A stretch of DNA of 64,000 nt from Parcubacteria group bacterium (GTDB taxonomy: Bacteria > Patescibacteriota > Minisyncoccia > Phycocordibacterales > UBA2135): positions 100,927 to 164,926 of the forward strand of contig JACQLQ010000004.1 in assembly GCA_016204045.1 (NCBI GenBank), written 5' to 3'. Made by a program: the position numbers and the translations under genes. The notes beneath the pieces were generated by a model. That model did no database searches. It worked only from the letters and a program-made list of their open reading frames with translations, and was not told the origin of the DNA. The first letter of the stretch is position 1; every line of letters starts with the position of its first letter. Shown piece after piece: positions 9,211 to 17,971 of the stretch.

Positions 9211-9990
9211 TTAACCGCCACAACCTCCACCGCAACCGCCGCCGCAGCTGCTGCCGCCTCCACCACCTCCGCCACCGCTGTCATGACCTCCGCCGCCTCC
9301 ACCCGAGCCGACATCAGTATCTCCACCAATCGCATCTGCCACTTTTCCTGCAACATCGGTCACGGCTTCATCAACGTCCTCCGGACGCGTCTTGCGACCA
9401 ACATTGCCTTTACTTGTGCTTATACGCACACCTTCGGCGGGGTCTGCACCAGCCGCTCTACCCTCCGCCGCTGCCACAGCTCCAATCGATTCCTGGAACT
9501 CCGGATCACGTTCCCGATAAGCCTGAAGGCGCTCCGCAGTCGAGTCACCGATGAGGCTCATACCGAGATACACGACGAGGAATCCATCCATGCCATCATT
9601 GCGGTGCACCTGCTTCGTGTGCTCCATAGCACGCATGAATGCCGGGGAACCCTTCGTGAGTCCGGGGAAATGATCAATATACTCACCGACAAGGTTCATG
9701 CAGAACGTGCGATACTTGGAGCTGTCGAGGATATGCTCGTGCCAAATCGCATCGGCACGTTCCGTGGGTACAACAAACTCCTTATTGCCTGCAGTCTTGT
9801 TGATCCACACGAGCAGCAGAAATTGGCGATACTCATCGATGGCCGGACCGACATCGACTTCGACCAACGTGCCATGGCGTTTTGCTTTAGCAATATAGGA
9901 GCTTAGATCAAGCGCCGTGATGACTATCCGTGCGTCGGCCTTCGTCTTTGCTTTCATTGAGCTTTGGCCTCCTACCCTATGATCTGCCAT
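9211..9990 (-). CDS. Glycine-rich-domain protein (GRDP/DUF1399-like) with Gly/Cys tail
   Basis: AIDEYRQFL.L, VVPT..ADAIWHEHILD..KYR.FC..IDH.P; C-terminus GGGGSSCGGGCGGGCGG. Confidence 0.78.
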   Translation of the reverse strand: MADHRVGGQSSMKAKTKADARIVITALDLSSYIAKAKRHGTLVEVDVGPAIDEYRQFLLLVWINKTAGNKEFVVPTERADAIWHEHILDSSKYRTFCMNLVGEYIDHFPGLTKGSPAFMRAMEHTKQVHRNDGMDGFLVVYLGMSLIGDSTAERLQAYRERDPEFQESIGAVAAAEGRAAGADPAEGVRISTSKGNVGRKTRPEDVDEAVTDVAGKVADAIGGDTDVGSGGGGGGHDSGGGGGGGGSSCGGGCGGGCGG

Positions 9991-10090
9991 TCTTGTAGCA
10001 CTTTGCGATAACCGGTGTCAACCCCAATTATCGCAACAAAAAACCACCGGATAATCCGGTGGGGCCTAAAAAGAGCGCTGCGTATATCAC

Positions 10091-11134
10091 CTACATACCG
10101 ATAGTTCGTAGTGCGCGAGCGGAAGTGCGCTCCGCATTTCGATCGGCATCGGGGAGCGGAATCAGGCCACGGTCGGCCAAGTAACCGTCGGGCCCCCATG
10201 TACGCTCCTCGGTCCATTCACGGACGAACACTTCGATACCCGGAACGATTCCGTTCGCGTGCTGCTTCTTCACGTAGAAGTAGAGCGGCCGCGAGACAGG
10301 ATACGCCCCCGTAGCGATGGACGCAAACGTCGGGGCGACTCCTCCGACGATACTCCCCTGCACCTGATCGAGGTTCTGCGCCAAGAAGCTGTACCCGAAG
10401 ACACCGAAGGCGTCTCGGTTCGCCTGGAGTCGACGGACGATCAAGATATCGTTCTCGCCCGCGTCAATCCATGCGCCGTCTTCGCGAAGGGTTGCGCATG
10501 CGGCCATGTAGCGCGCCGCATTAGCTTGCTGGACGACCCGCATTGCTGGATTCGCAGCACAGCCGGGTGTCATCACGAGCTCCACGAACGCATCACGAGT
10601 GCCCGATGTCGGCGGCGGACCCATAACTTCGATACGCTTGTTCGGCAACGAGCGGTCGATGTCGGACCACATACGGTGCGGATTGGGTACCAGTTGTCCA
10701 GCCGCATTGGGAACTTCGCGCGCGAGCGCAAGCCACAATTGCGGAATACTCACGGCCATCATGGGTGCTTGGCGAGAGTTTGCAAGGACGATACCGTCGA
10801 ACCCAATCTTGACCTCAACCACGTCGGTGACTCCATTGTTCTTGCAGGACGTTTTCTCGGAAGCGGTGATGGCTCGGGAGGCGCCCGTGACATCGGGGTG
10901 CGCCTCGCCAACGCCGGCACAGAAGAGGCGGAAACCTCCGCCCGTTCCAGTGCTTTCGACGACGGGTGTTTTTGCCCCCGCTACGCGCCCAAATGACTCA
11001 GCGACGGCGGTCATAAACGGAAATACCGTCGAAGACCCGACGACACGGATCTGGTCACGCGCCTCTGCGGGCAGAGCAACACCACCCAAGGCAACCGCTA
11101 CTGCAATAGCAAAAAGAGCCCTTCTCTTTACCAT
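10091..11134 (-). CDS. pstS: Phosphate ABC transporter substrate-binding protein (PstS family), orphan
   Basis: Signal peptide, VGSSTVFP, ESTGTGGG, GASR, PPPTSGTRDAF and YPVSRPLYFY. Confidence 0.93.
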   Translation of the reverse strand: MVKRRALFAIAVAVALGGVALPAEARDQIRVVGSSTVFPFMTAVAESFGRVAGAKTPVVESTGTGGGFRLFCAGVGEAHPDVTGASRAITASEKTSCKNNGVTDVVEVKIGFDGIVLANSRQAPMMAVSIPQLWLALAREVPNAAGQLVPNPHRMWSDIDRSLPNKRIEVMGPPPTSGTRDAFVELVMTPGCAANPAMRVVQQANAARYMAACATLREDGAWIDAGENDILIVRRLQANRDAFGVFGYSFLAQNLDQVQGSIVGGVAPTFASIATGAYPVSRPLYFYVKKQHANGIVPGIEVFVREWTEERTWGPDGYLADRGLIPLPDADRNAERTSARALRTIGM

Positions 11135-11238
11135 GGCGTATGTGTCTCCTCTTTCGTGTGAAGGGACGAGATATCGGCCTGACGGTTTTTGTCAGCCGAT
11201 AATACCCACAAAGATACTATATTTGAAATGAATTGGAG

Positions 11239-11967
11239 TCAACTTCTTTGTTTCGACAAATATTCCGGCAAGTTTGTGAAAATACCTTTTTTAAACAAGG
11301 GTGCACGGGCGAGCGTGAGTAGCGGATTCGCAAGGTTAAGCCACCCGCTCGTGTATACAAATGAGAGGTGGTACCTCGTGGCATTAAAAGGCGGCGCGGT
11401 AATATCGAGCTGGCGAAAATCGCCCGTTCTAATATCTCTATTTCGAGTACCCCCACTTCGGATATCGTTCTGGATAATCGCATATTTGTATTTCCCGAGC
11501 TTCGACAAGACGCGTGCTACTTCCTTGTTCGAGAGATGCTGAAGCACATCACGCACGATGACAAGGTCTCCTTGGGGAAGCTCGTCCGTTACCGCATCGA
11601 GATGTATGAAGCGTCGCCTGGGAGAAGCAAACTTCTGCTTAGTTTTTTCGAGAATAAACCGAGAGATATCACACCCCACATAGTCCTTATTCCCCAACTC
11701 AAGATTTTGCCCAATCTGCCAGTCGCCACAGCCGATATCGACAACTGTGTGTATGTCCGAATGCTTCTCTAAGACGGAGTTAACAAATCTGATATAGGGT
11801 CTATTGAGTACAGCGACCGACCCCGAACCGGAACCAAAGAGCCACTTATGTTTTTTGTAAATCTCATCAAAAAGGTGCGCCCTTGATTGACTGGCAACAG
11901 CGTCAGGAGCGTCTTGGGGCACTCGTGCATTAATGATCTTGGACCATACAAAGTCGACTGTTTTCAT
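11239..11967 (-). CDS. Class I SAM-dependent methyltransferase
   Basis: GSGSGS, VVDIGCGDW, YVGCDIS and RDVLQHL. Confidence 0.85.
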   Translation of the reverse strand: MKTVDFVWSKIINARVPQDAPDAVASQSRAHLFDEIYKKHKWLFGSGSGSVAVLNRPYIRFVNSVLEKHSDIHTVVDIGCGDWQIGQNLELGNKDYVGCDISRFILEKTKQKFASPRRRFIHLDAVTDELPQGDLVIVRDVLQHLSNKEVARVLSKLGKYKYAIIQNDIRSGGTRNRDIRTGDFRQLDITAPPFNATRYHLSFVYTSGWLNLANPLLTLARAPLFKKGIFTNLPEYLSKQRS

Positions 11968-12114
11968 ATGTTGAGTTGTAGAGTGTTTGTGTGCTTCGTG
12001 ATTGTTTCCCTCAAGCTTACCATAGAACACCGCGTAATAAAGTACTCAAGGCCCATGCTCATAATAAAGAAAAACCGCAGGGCGAACCGTGCGGTCAAAA
12101 ACCAATCATTCTAT

Positions 12115-12564
12115 TTAGGAGCAAATACAAACTCTCGTATGTCTCGAAAGCGCTACCCCCTTTTTGTCGGCCCAATCCCCCAGCGTCTCGGGGCCAGTGT
12201 ACTCGGCGGCGAATCCGAAACTCGGCATGTCTCTCACCGTATGCGGATTACTCTTGGCTCCGCGAAGGAAATCTACACCGCCCTGTTCCGAATATGCGCG
12301 CACTACCCGATGCCACTTTGACGCCGAATCGACGATGCCAAAGGCCTGATTTCCCTCGAACCAAAACGTAGTCCATGGTTTGAGGTACACATTAGGATCA
12401 TCGAGTGGGGCACCTGTATCATCCTGGAACTGTCGCCCCGCTTCGAAAGCAAGTGCGAAGATCGAGTTCACAGCTTTATTCCCGAGCATCCCCGAGATTT
12501 GTGCTGAAAGACCTGGGAGCTTTTCCTCCACCCACGACTGAATGGCTACATCTCTCGCATTCAT
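12115..12564 (-). CDS. Hypothetical protein
   Basis: ORF with GAGG SD and TTGACA-17-TATTGT promoter upstream. Confidence 0.55.
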   Translation of the reverse strand: MNARDVAIQSWVEEKLPGLSAQISGMLGNKAVNSIFALAFEAGRQFQDDTGAPLDDPNVYLKPWTTFWFEGNQAFGIVDSASKWHRVVRAYSEQGGVDFLRGAKSNPHTVRDMPSFGFAAEYTGPETLGDWADKKGVALSRHTRVCICS

Positions 12565-12714
12565 CCCCGTACCTCGCCCTCGGTTCCGAAATGACAATAC
12601 TATCAACCAATATTTTTGTCAAAAACTCTAATGTCCAAATAGTAAACAAAAAGCCGGGCACCCTGTGGGGGCGCCCGGCACTAAACATCACTTGAGAACA
12701 GGCAGAGTTGCCAG

Positions 12715-13542
12715 TTACCGGCCGACGTTGACGACCGGCGTGGCGGCGCCCTGGGTGACGACGGTGCACTTCCCGCCCTCACAAACACCGCGGAACGCCT
12801 TCAGCCACTCAAGCATCACGAACTGCTCAGTCGTGAGACCCATCTCCTTCTGGTAGGCCTTGTCGGCTTCTGCGCGGCTCTGTTCCGCCGCCTTGCGCTG
12901 ATCCTCGGCGAGCTTGCGCTGCTGCTGGGTCAGAATCGCCTGCTGCTGCGTCGCCGTCTCGATGCGCTGCGTCTTCACAGCGTCCGGCGGATTCGCCTTG
13001 CCGATGGTGACCTGGACCAAGCGAATCGGAATGCCCGCGTCCTTGATGTACGTCTCCATGGCGAGGCTGACTTCCGTATCGATTGCGTCGATGGCAGTCG
13101 TCTCGATCGCGACCTCGTTCATGCCGTGTTTGCGAACGGCCTGACGGATGCGATTGTTGAATTCGGCCGCGACGTTGTTCTTGTACCAGTCTGGGCCGAA
13201 CTTCTCGATGATGCGCACCGAGTCCAGGACCTGAAGCCGGATGACCGCGTCGAAGTCGAGCGGCACGCCGTCGTTCGACATGAAGTCGTCGAAGTGTGCG
13301 ACGAACTGCTGGGGTCGCATGTCGACGTTGACACGTTGCGTCGTCCATGCAAGGAGCTTGCGCCCCGCCTTGACCGGAACCGGATCGATCCCGCCATCGC
13401 CGAAGATGATCGGCTTCCGGATGAGGACGGTCTCCTCGCCGGCGGTCGGGTGCGCAGATGGCAAGATGCCAGTCAACCAAAGCGCCATACATAGGAGGAA
13501 GAGTGCGATGCCCGCCGCAACTGTAGCAATCACTGCTTTCAT
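12715..13542 (-). CDS. SPFH/band-7 domain membrane protein
   Basis: N-terminal TM, DFMSNDGVPLDFD, VTIGKANPPD and an A/E/Q coiled coil. Confidence 0.88.
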   Translation of the reverse strand: MKAVIATVAAGIALFLLCMALWLTGILPSAHPTAGEETVLIRKPIIFGDGGIDPVPVKAGRKLLAWTTQRVNVDMRPQQFVAHFDDFMSNDGVPLDFDAVIRLQVLDSVRIIEKFGPDWYKNNVAAEFNNRIRQAVRKHGMNEVAIETTAIDAIDTEVSLAMETYIKDAGIPIRLVQVTIGKANPPDAVKTQRIETATQQQAILTQQQRKLAEDQRKAAEQSRAEADKAYQKEMGLTTEQFVMLEWLKAFRGVCEGGKCTVVTQGAATPVVNVGR

Positions 13543-13615
13543 TTGTGCTGTCTCCTCTTTGCGGCTTGTTTCAAAATGGAGAAAGGCGCCGCAAAACCTC
13601 CTCCTAGCTCGTTTA

Positions 13616-13645
13616 ATTATAGCATAAAATACTTATATCTGTCAA
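13616..13645 (-). promoter_or_regulatory. Consensus sigma70 promoter for the SPFH gene
   Basis: TTGACA (13645-13640), 18 nt, TG-c-TATAAT (13621-13616) on the minus strand. Confidence 0.75.
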
Positions 13646-13687
13646 TAACGTCTTTATATAAAAAGGACCTTATGATAGGCCCTTTAC

Positions 13688-13918
13688 TTAATGCACCACC
13701 TTCTTTATGAACAAGCTTGGGAGGTATGGGATCTCGAGAGGACCGTCACCCTCCACCTCTTCAATCTCAATTAGTTCACCATCCTCTGCGTGTAAATCAG
13801 GGACAATGCTCACAACGCGATAGTCTGTATTGTGCCTTAAGTTGCAACCCCCGAGTAAGATGCGCGGGAGTTCGGGATCACAAATGAGGATGTCCCCAAC
13901 CTTGAACTCCCCCTCCAT
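13688..13918 (-). CDS. Small hypothetical protein
   Basis: MEGEFKVGD.. with a G-rich SD and a downstream terminator-like hairpin. Confidence 0.5.
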   Translation of the reverse strand: MEGEFKVGDILICDPELPRILLGGCNLRHNTDYRVVSIVPDLHAEDGELIEIEEVEGDGPLEIPYLPSLFIKKVVH

Positions 13919-14045
13919 GCCACCCCCCGTGCTCGAGCTCGTCTGATTGTATAGGGCATTCCAACACAATGTCCATAGCCGCATACACTTTGACTTCTTA
14001 CAACCGTGAGTGTACAACAGTGGGAGATCAACTCGCGGAATCCCA

Positions 14046-14687
14046 ATGAAGCCAGAGACAATAGCGAGGGCGCAGGCTGTTGACGAAACCTACTTCGGCA
14101 ACCGACCCTTGGACCAGCTTGTCGCAGTACTCCTCTCCCAAGTCGAGTCACTCCGAAAAGAACCTACTCGTCTGAACATTCAAGCGCAGACGGGCGACAT
14201 TCAGTTCGTTCTCGTCTCCATAGCGCGAAACGAAGGTTGGGATCTTGACCAATTACTTGCAGACACGACGACCAAGGTCGAGAACCGCCGCCGTGGACGC
14301 CATTATTACGAAGCGCACATCACAATAAATCCCGTCTTCGGTAGGAAGCTCGAGCACTTCATCGAGGTGTGCAAGCCATATGAGTTTCGTGTGGCTACAC
14401 TGCTCATGCAAAAGCGCAAAAGGGATACGCCGAGACGCTCGAAAAATGACTCATTCTGTACCGGGCGAAGCATTTCATATTCTGACATTGAGACGAGAAT
14501 GCTAGCCCTTGTCGCCAAACTGAAGGCGGCGGGATTCCACGTACAGCGTTTTAAGATTGAAAGTACGCTTCTTGATTCCCGTTACGATGACTCCAAGTTC
14601 CCACTCGACCTCGCCAAATTGCCTGAGAAGGAAATAACTCCTCGCGCACCCGCATCTGGTGCCTTGTCGGGTCGCAAAGAGAAGTAA
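14046..14687 (+). CDS. Hypothetical protein with MazG-like N-terminal helix pair and an unknown C-terminal domain
   Basis: GDIQFVL..IA..EGWDL..LL..T..KV..R resembles the MazG C-half; YEAHITI..RFKIE domain follows. TTGACT-17-TACAAC promoter and a terminator. Confidence 0.55.
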   Translation: MKPETIARAQAVDETYFGNRPLDQLVAVLLSQVESLRKEPTRLNIQAQTGDIQFVLVSIARNEGWDLDQLLADTTTKVENRRRGRHYYEAHITINPVFGRKLEHFIEVCKPYEFRVATLLMQKRKRDTPRRSKNDSFCTGRSISYSDIETRMLALVAKLKAAGFHVQRFKIESTLLDSRYDDSKFPLDLAKLPEKEITPRAPASGALSGRKEK

Positions 14688-14802
14688 GTAGTGTGCCGTC
14701 CCGCTTCATAGCTGGGCGGTTTTTTAATTACTATGTAGGACTAGACAAAATCAATATAATATGGTAGTGTAACTTCGGAACCAACCAGCGGAGCGCATAG
14801 AC

Positions 14803-15318
14803 ATGAACCTCTTCGGCGGATCGAAGAAGCCAAATAATGCCCCTGCTTTGGGAATTGATCTGGACCAATATCGTGGCCCTGCCCCCAAAAGAAATTTGGA
14901 GTCGAGACTAATCGGCCAACGCATACAAGCACACGCACGGAAGCATCGCCTTCCGATGTGGCAGGTCTTTCGCGACACAATCCTCACCGAGTTTCAGAAA
15001 GGGGTACTGACGCCGCATGAGCTCGTCGCTACCGCTGCGCAATGCGGTCCTGACTCGAGCCACAGCTGGACAGATGCTGTGGTCATCCTGTATTACGCAC
15101 TTGGATTGAACCCGGCGAATGCCCGCGAGAAACTTTTTGCGGTTTGGAAGCAAATACCCGGCATCGATGGGGTAGGTAAAACCACACTACCGACCCCCGA
15201 CGGCAAGGGATCCGACTTGGGAGAATCAATGACCGCGTCGGCTTTCTGGAACGCAGAAATCTATCTCGGTCTCCCGACGGGGACTCTCGGTTACGACCAA
15301 AAAACATTCTGGCCATAG
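14803..15318 (+). CDS. Hypothetical protein
   Basis: 171-aa ORF with GGAG SD, TAGACA-17-TAGTGT promoter and terminator TGCCACCC..GGGTGGCA-TTTTT. Confidence 0.6.
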   Translation: MNLFGGSKKPNNAPALGIDLDQYRGPAPKRNLESRLIGQRIQAHARKHRLPMWQVFRDTILTEFQKGVLTPHELVATAAQCGPDSSHSWTDAVVILYYALGLNPANAREKLFAVWKQIPGIDGVGKTTLPTPDGKGSDLGESMTASAFWNAEIYLGLPTGTLGYDQKTFWP

Positions 15319-15419
15319 CCAATGTTTCGATTAAAGAGGCTGCCACCCCCCAAGGGTGGCATTTTTGTTGGTGGAAAATAAAGGTTCCTCGGGGTAAGTC
15401 CTGAGGTATTGTCGGAACT

Positions 15420-15555
15420 CACTCGCCTGCCTGCGGCAGGCGGGACTCGTACCCCGCGTGCGGCAAGCCATGCGGTAGTAACCTTTGATACGACTTCGCT
15501 CGGACGCGATGAAAACGTGTTTTCATCGCGCTCCTCGCTCGTCGTAATAAAAAAC
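15420..15555. repeat. Composite palindromic repeat, divergent copy of the 3411/36268 family
   Basis: CGCCTGCC-tgc-GGCAGGCG, then CCGCGTG-cggcaagc-CATGCGG, then TACGAC-TTCGCTCGG-[CGCGATGAAAAC-gt-GTTTTCATCGCG]-CTCCTCGCTC-GTCGTA-ATAAAAAA. Confidence 0.7.
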
Positions 15556-15585
15556 CCGCGAGCCACGAATGGCTGCGGGAGATAA

Positions 15586-16821
15586 TCAAACCCTTAAGAA
15601 CTTGAGAAGCGTCCCCATGCTCAACCCCTGAACAATTGAGAAGATCACCACGACGTAGGTAATGATGATGAGGGCATCCCTCACCTCTCCGTGTGGGAGC
15701 GCCAAGGCAAGCGCAAATGAGACGCCGCCGCGCAGCCCTCCCCATGTGAGAATGAGCACTGCATGTTCGCTAAACTTCTTCACTACTCCTGTGAGCACAG
15801 AAGCGGCCCAGACAGAGAGGAATCGTGCCGAAAGCACGAGTGGTATCGCCGACAAACCGGCGAGGATATACCCGAGCTTAACGTTCAAGAGAAGCGCCTG
15901 GAGGCCGACGAGTACAAAGAGTGCGGCATTCAACATGTCATCGATCACCTCCCAAAAGAGGTCGAGATGTGCACGTGTCTCATCTGACATGCCGAAGTTG
16001 CGACCATGGTTGCCAATGAAAAGTCCGGCAGTCACAATCGCAAGCGGTCCAGACACATGAAGCAGATTCGCAAGTGCGTAGCCTCCCGCGACAAGTGCAA
16101 GCGACATCAAAATCTCAATGTGGTAATTGTCGACGCGCTTAATGAATTGGAAGGCAATCCAGCCGATGGCAAGACCGTAAATGATGCCGCCGAACGACTC
16201 GCGGAGTAGCGTCGTAAGCACATAATCAACCGAGAAAGTCGCAGTCCCCATGAAAACCCCGAAAAAGACCAAGAAGAGCACAATGCCGGCTCCGTCGTTC
16301 AAGAGCGACTCGCCGGCAATCTTCATCCGAATGCTATCATCGGGCATTTTCGAATGCTTGAGAAGCGCCAAGACTGCGATCGGATCAGTGGGCGAGATGA
16401 GCGCTCCAAAAAGGAAGCACGCCACGAACGGAATCTCGAATCCGAAAAGTGGGAAAAGAAAGTACGCCCCAACGCCGATGATCGCGGCTGAAATGCAGAC
16501 GCTCACGGTTGAGAGCACACCAATCGCCCAGCGCTGCTCAAAGAATGCGTTTAGGTTGATGTGCAATGCTCCGGCAAACAAGAGGAAACAAAGTACGATC
16601 TTTAAGATTGCTTCACTGAAATCGATAGCACCCACAGCATTCCTTGCCATCTCCGGAATGAACTCGAGCCCCAAGAGATCCAGCGCCGCCAATGACATTG
16701 AGAAGACGAGGGAGATCAACATGAGCCCCAGAGTCTTGGGGAGCTTTATGTACGCATAGTTCACATAGCTCAAGACGGCTGTGACGACAAGGAGTAGTGC
16801 TAGAACGTTAAAGAGTCCCAT
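15586..16821 (-). CDS. Na+/H+ antiporter, CPA1/NhaP family
   Basis: LLFAGALH, GALISPTDPIAV, GESLLNDG and WGGLRGG; many TM segments. Confidence 0.95.
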   Translation of the reverse strand: MGLFNVLALLLVVTAVLSYVNYAYIKLPKTLGLMLISLVFSMSLAALDLLGLEFIPEMARNAVGAIDFSEAILKIVLCFLLFAGALHINLNAFFEQRWAIGVLSTVSVCISAAIIGVGAYFLFPLFGFEIPFVACFLFGALISPTDPIAVLALLKHSKMPDDSIRMKIAGESLLNDGAGIVLFLVFFGVFMGTATFSVDYVLTTLLRESFGGIIYGLAIGWIAFQFIKRVDNYHIEILMSLALVAGGYALANLLHVSGPLAIVTAGLFIGNHGRNFGMSDETRAHLDLFWEVIDDMLNAALFVLVGLQALLLNVKLGYILAGLSAIPLVLSARFLSVWAASVLTGVVKKFSEHAVLILTWGGLRGGVSFALALALPHGEVRDALIIITYVVVIFSIVQGLSMGTLLKFLRV

Positions 16822-16939
16822 TACCACCTCACTAGTTACGCGTTACGTCCTTTTGCTTTTTATAACATTTTTCACTCTGTGTCAATATTTTGATTTTATT
16901 GTAGCAAAAACCCACGCATAGCGTGGGTGTGTACAAAAC

Positions 16940-17146
16940 TTATCTCGTTGTATTCTCCATCCCCGTCTTCATGCCGAGGAAATACCGCGGTGTGATGACA
17001 AACCAGAATCGGAAGAAACCAGGGCGTTCGATAAGCATATAGCCATCCTTACCAATCCAGATCCAATACCCCCAGATAGAGACCATACCAACGACGACTG
17101 CCATAGCCATGATGAGGGAGAATACCACTTGATCCCCTGGACTCAT
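16940..17146 (-). CDS. Small membrane protein
   Basis: GGAGG SD, ATGA overlap with the upstream ORF, TM segment. Confidence 0.55.
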   Translation of the reverse strand: MSPGDQVVFSLIMAMAVVVGMVSIWGYWIWIGKDGYMLIERPGFFRFWFVITPRYFLGMKTGMENTTR

Positions 17147-17559
17147 GCTCCACCTCCTTGGACTGCAGCTTGCTCCTGCAATGCCTCCTTGAGAGATACG
17201 TCGTTGAAAGTCCGCTGAACGATATCGTAGATGCCACTTCTCATTACTGTGGCAGCCTCAGGTTCAACTGACTTTCTGGCATCAGTGAAACGTACCACGG
17301 TTGCATTATATGCCAACACGAGCCATGGAAACTTTCCCAAGCTCGGATGTGTACAAGCAAGCCGCACGAGCTCAATCGCTTTTTCGGAATTTGGATCGTG
17401 GATGAAAAGATCCGTAATCGCACCGGCGACAAGAAATGCCGCTTGTTTGGGATACTTAAGCAACTCCGCAATGAGTGCTTCCGGCTCGAGATCAAACAAC
17501 ATGTCTCCGTTCGTCTCGAGTCCGTAAAAGATCCCATCCCATCCTTGTGGAAGTCCCAT
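17143..17559 (-). CDS. Hypothetical protein
   Basis: GAGGAG SD; middle gene of a three-gene operon. Confidence 0.6.
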   Translation of the reverse strand: MGLPQGWDGIFYGLETNGDMLFDLEPEALIAELLKYPKQAAFLVAGAITDLFIHDPNSEKAIELVRLACTHPSLGKFPWLVLAYNATVVRFTDARKSVEPEAATVMRSGIYDIVQRTFNDVSLKEALQEQAAVQGGGA

Positions 17560-17582
17560 GGCTTAGCTCCTCACCTTAGGCA

Positions 17583-17777
17583 TTAGTCGCCACTGCATCC
17601 GCCGCCACCATCGGTGGTGCAACTTGAGCTGTCGCCAACTGCGCTCGTGTAAATGAATCCATCCGATGAGCCCGATCGACCTCGACCAGGATGCTTGATG
17701 GAGAGCCACAAGGCCCACAAAATAAGTGCGACTGCAGCCACGCCGATCATCGTGATAATGACGCCCAAAGGTGTCAT
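17583..17777 (-). CDS. Small single-TM protein with Gly/Ser/Cys tail
   Basis: AGGAGG SD, TTGACA-17-TACAAT promoter, TM followed by SSSCTTDGGGGCSGD. Confidence 0.6.
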   Translation of the reverse strand: MTPLGVIITMIGVAAVALILWALWLSIKHPGRGRSGSSDGFIYTSAVGDSSSCTTDGGGGCSGD

Positions 17778-17971
17778 GGTTCCTCCTGTTTTTGATTGCG
17801 GAGTCCATTCCGCAACTCTTCTAAAATTGTAACCTATTAAAACTGATTTGTCAAAGATTTATTGTGGTTTTGGGTGCTCCTAAAGGGGGTTTACAAAGCA
17901 ACTAAAGTATTATTTAATGTGTTAGACGTCAGTCCTATAAAAACACCAAGCCTTAACAAATGAGGTTCCCA

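Noticed and set aside
9215-9310. CCG/CCA tandem repeat as a DNA-level element
   Set aside because: It is simply the poly-Gly coding tail of the GRDP-like protein.
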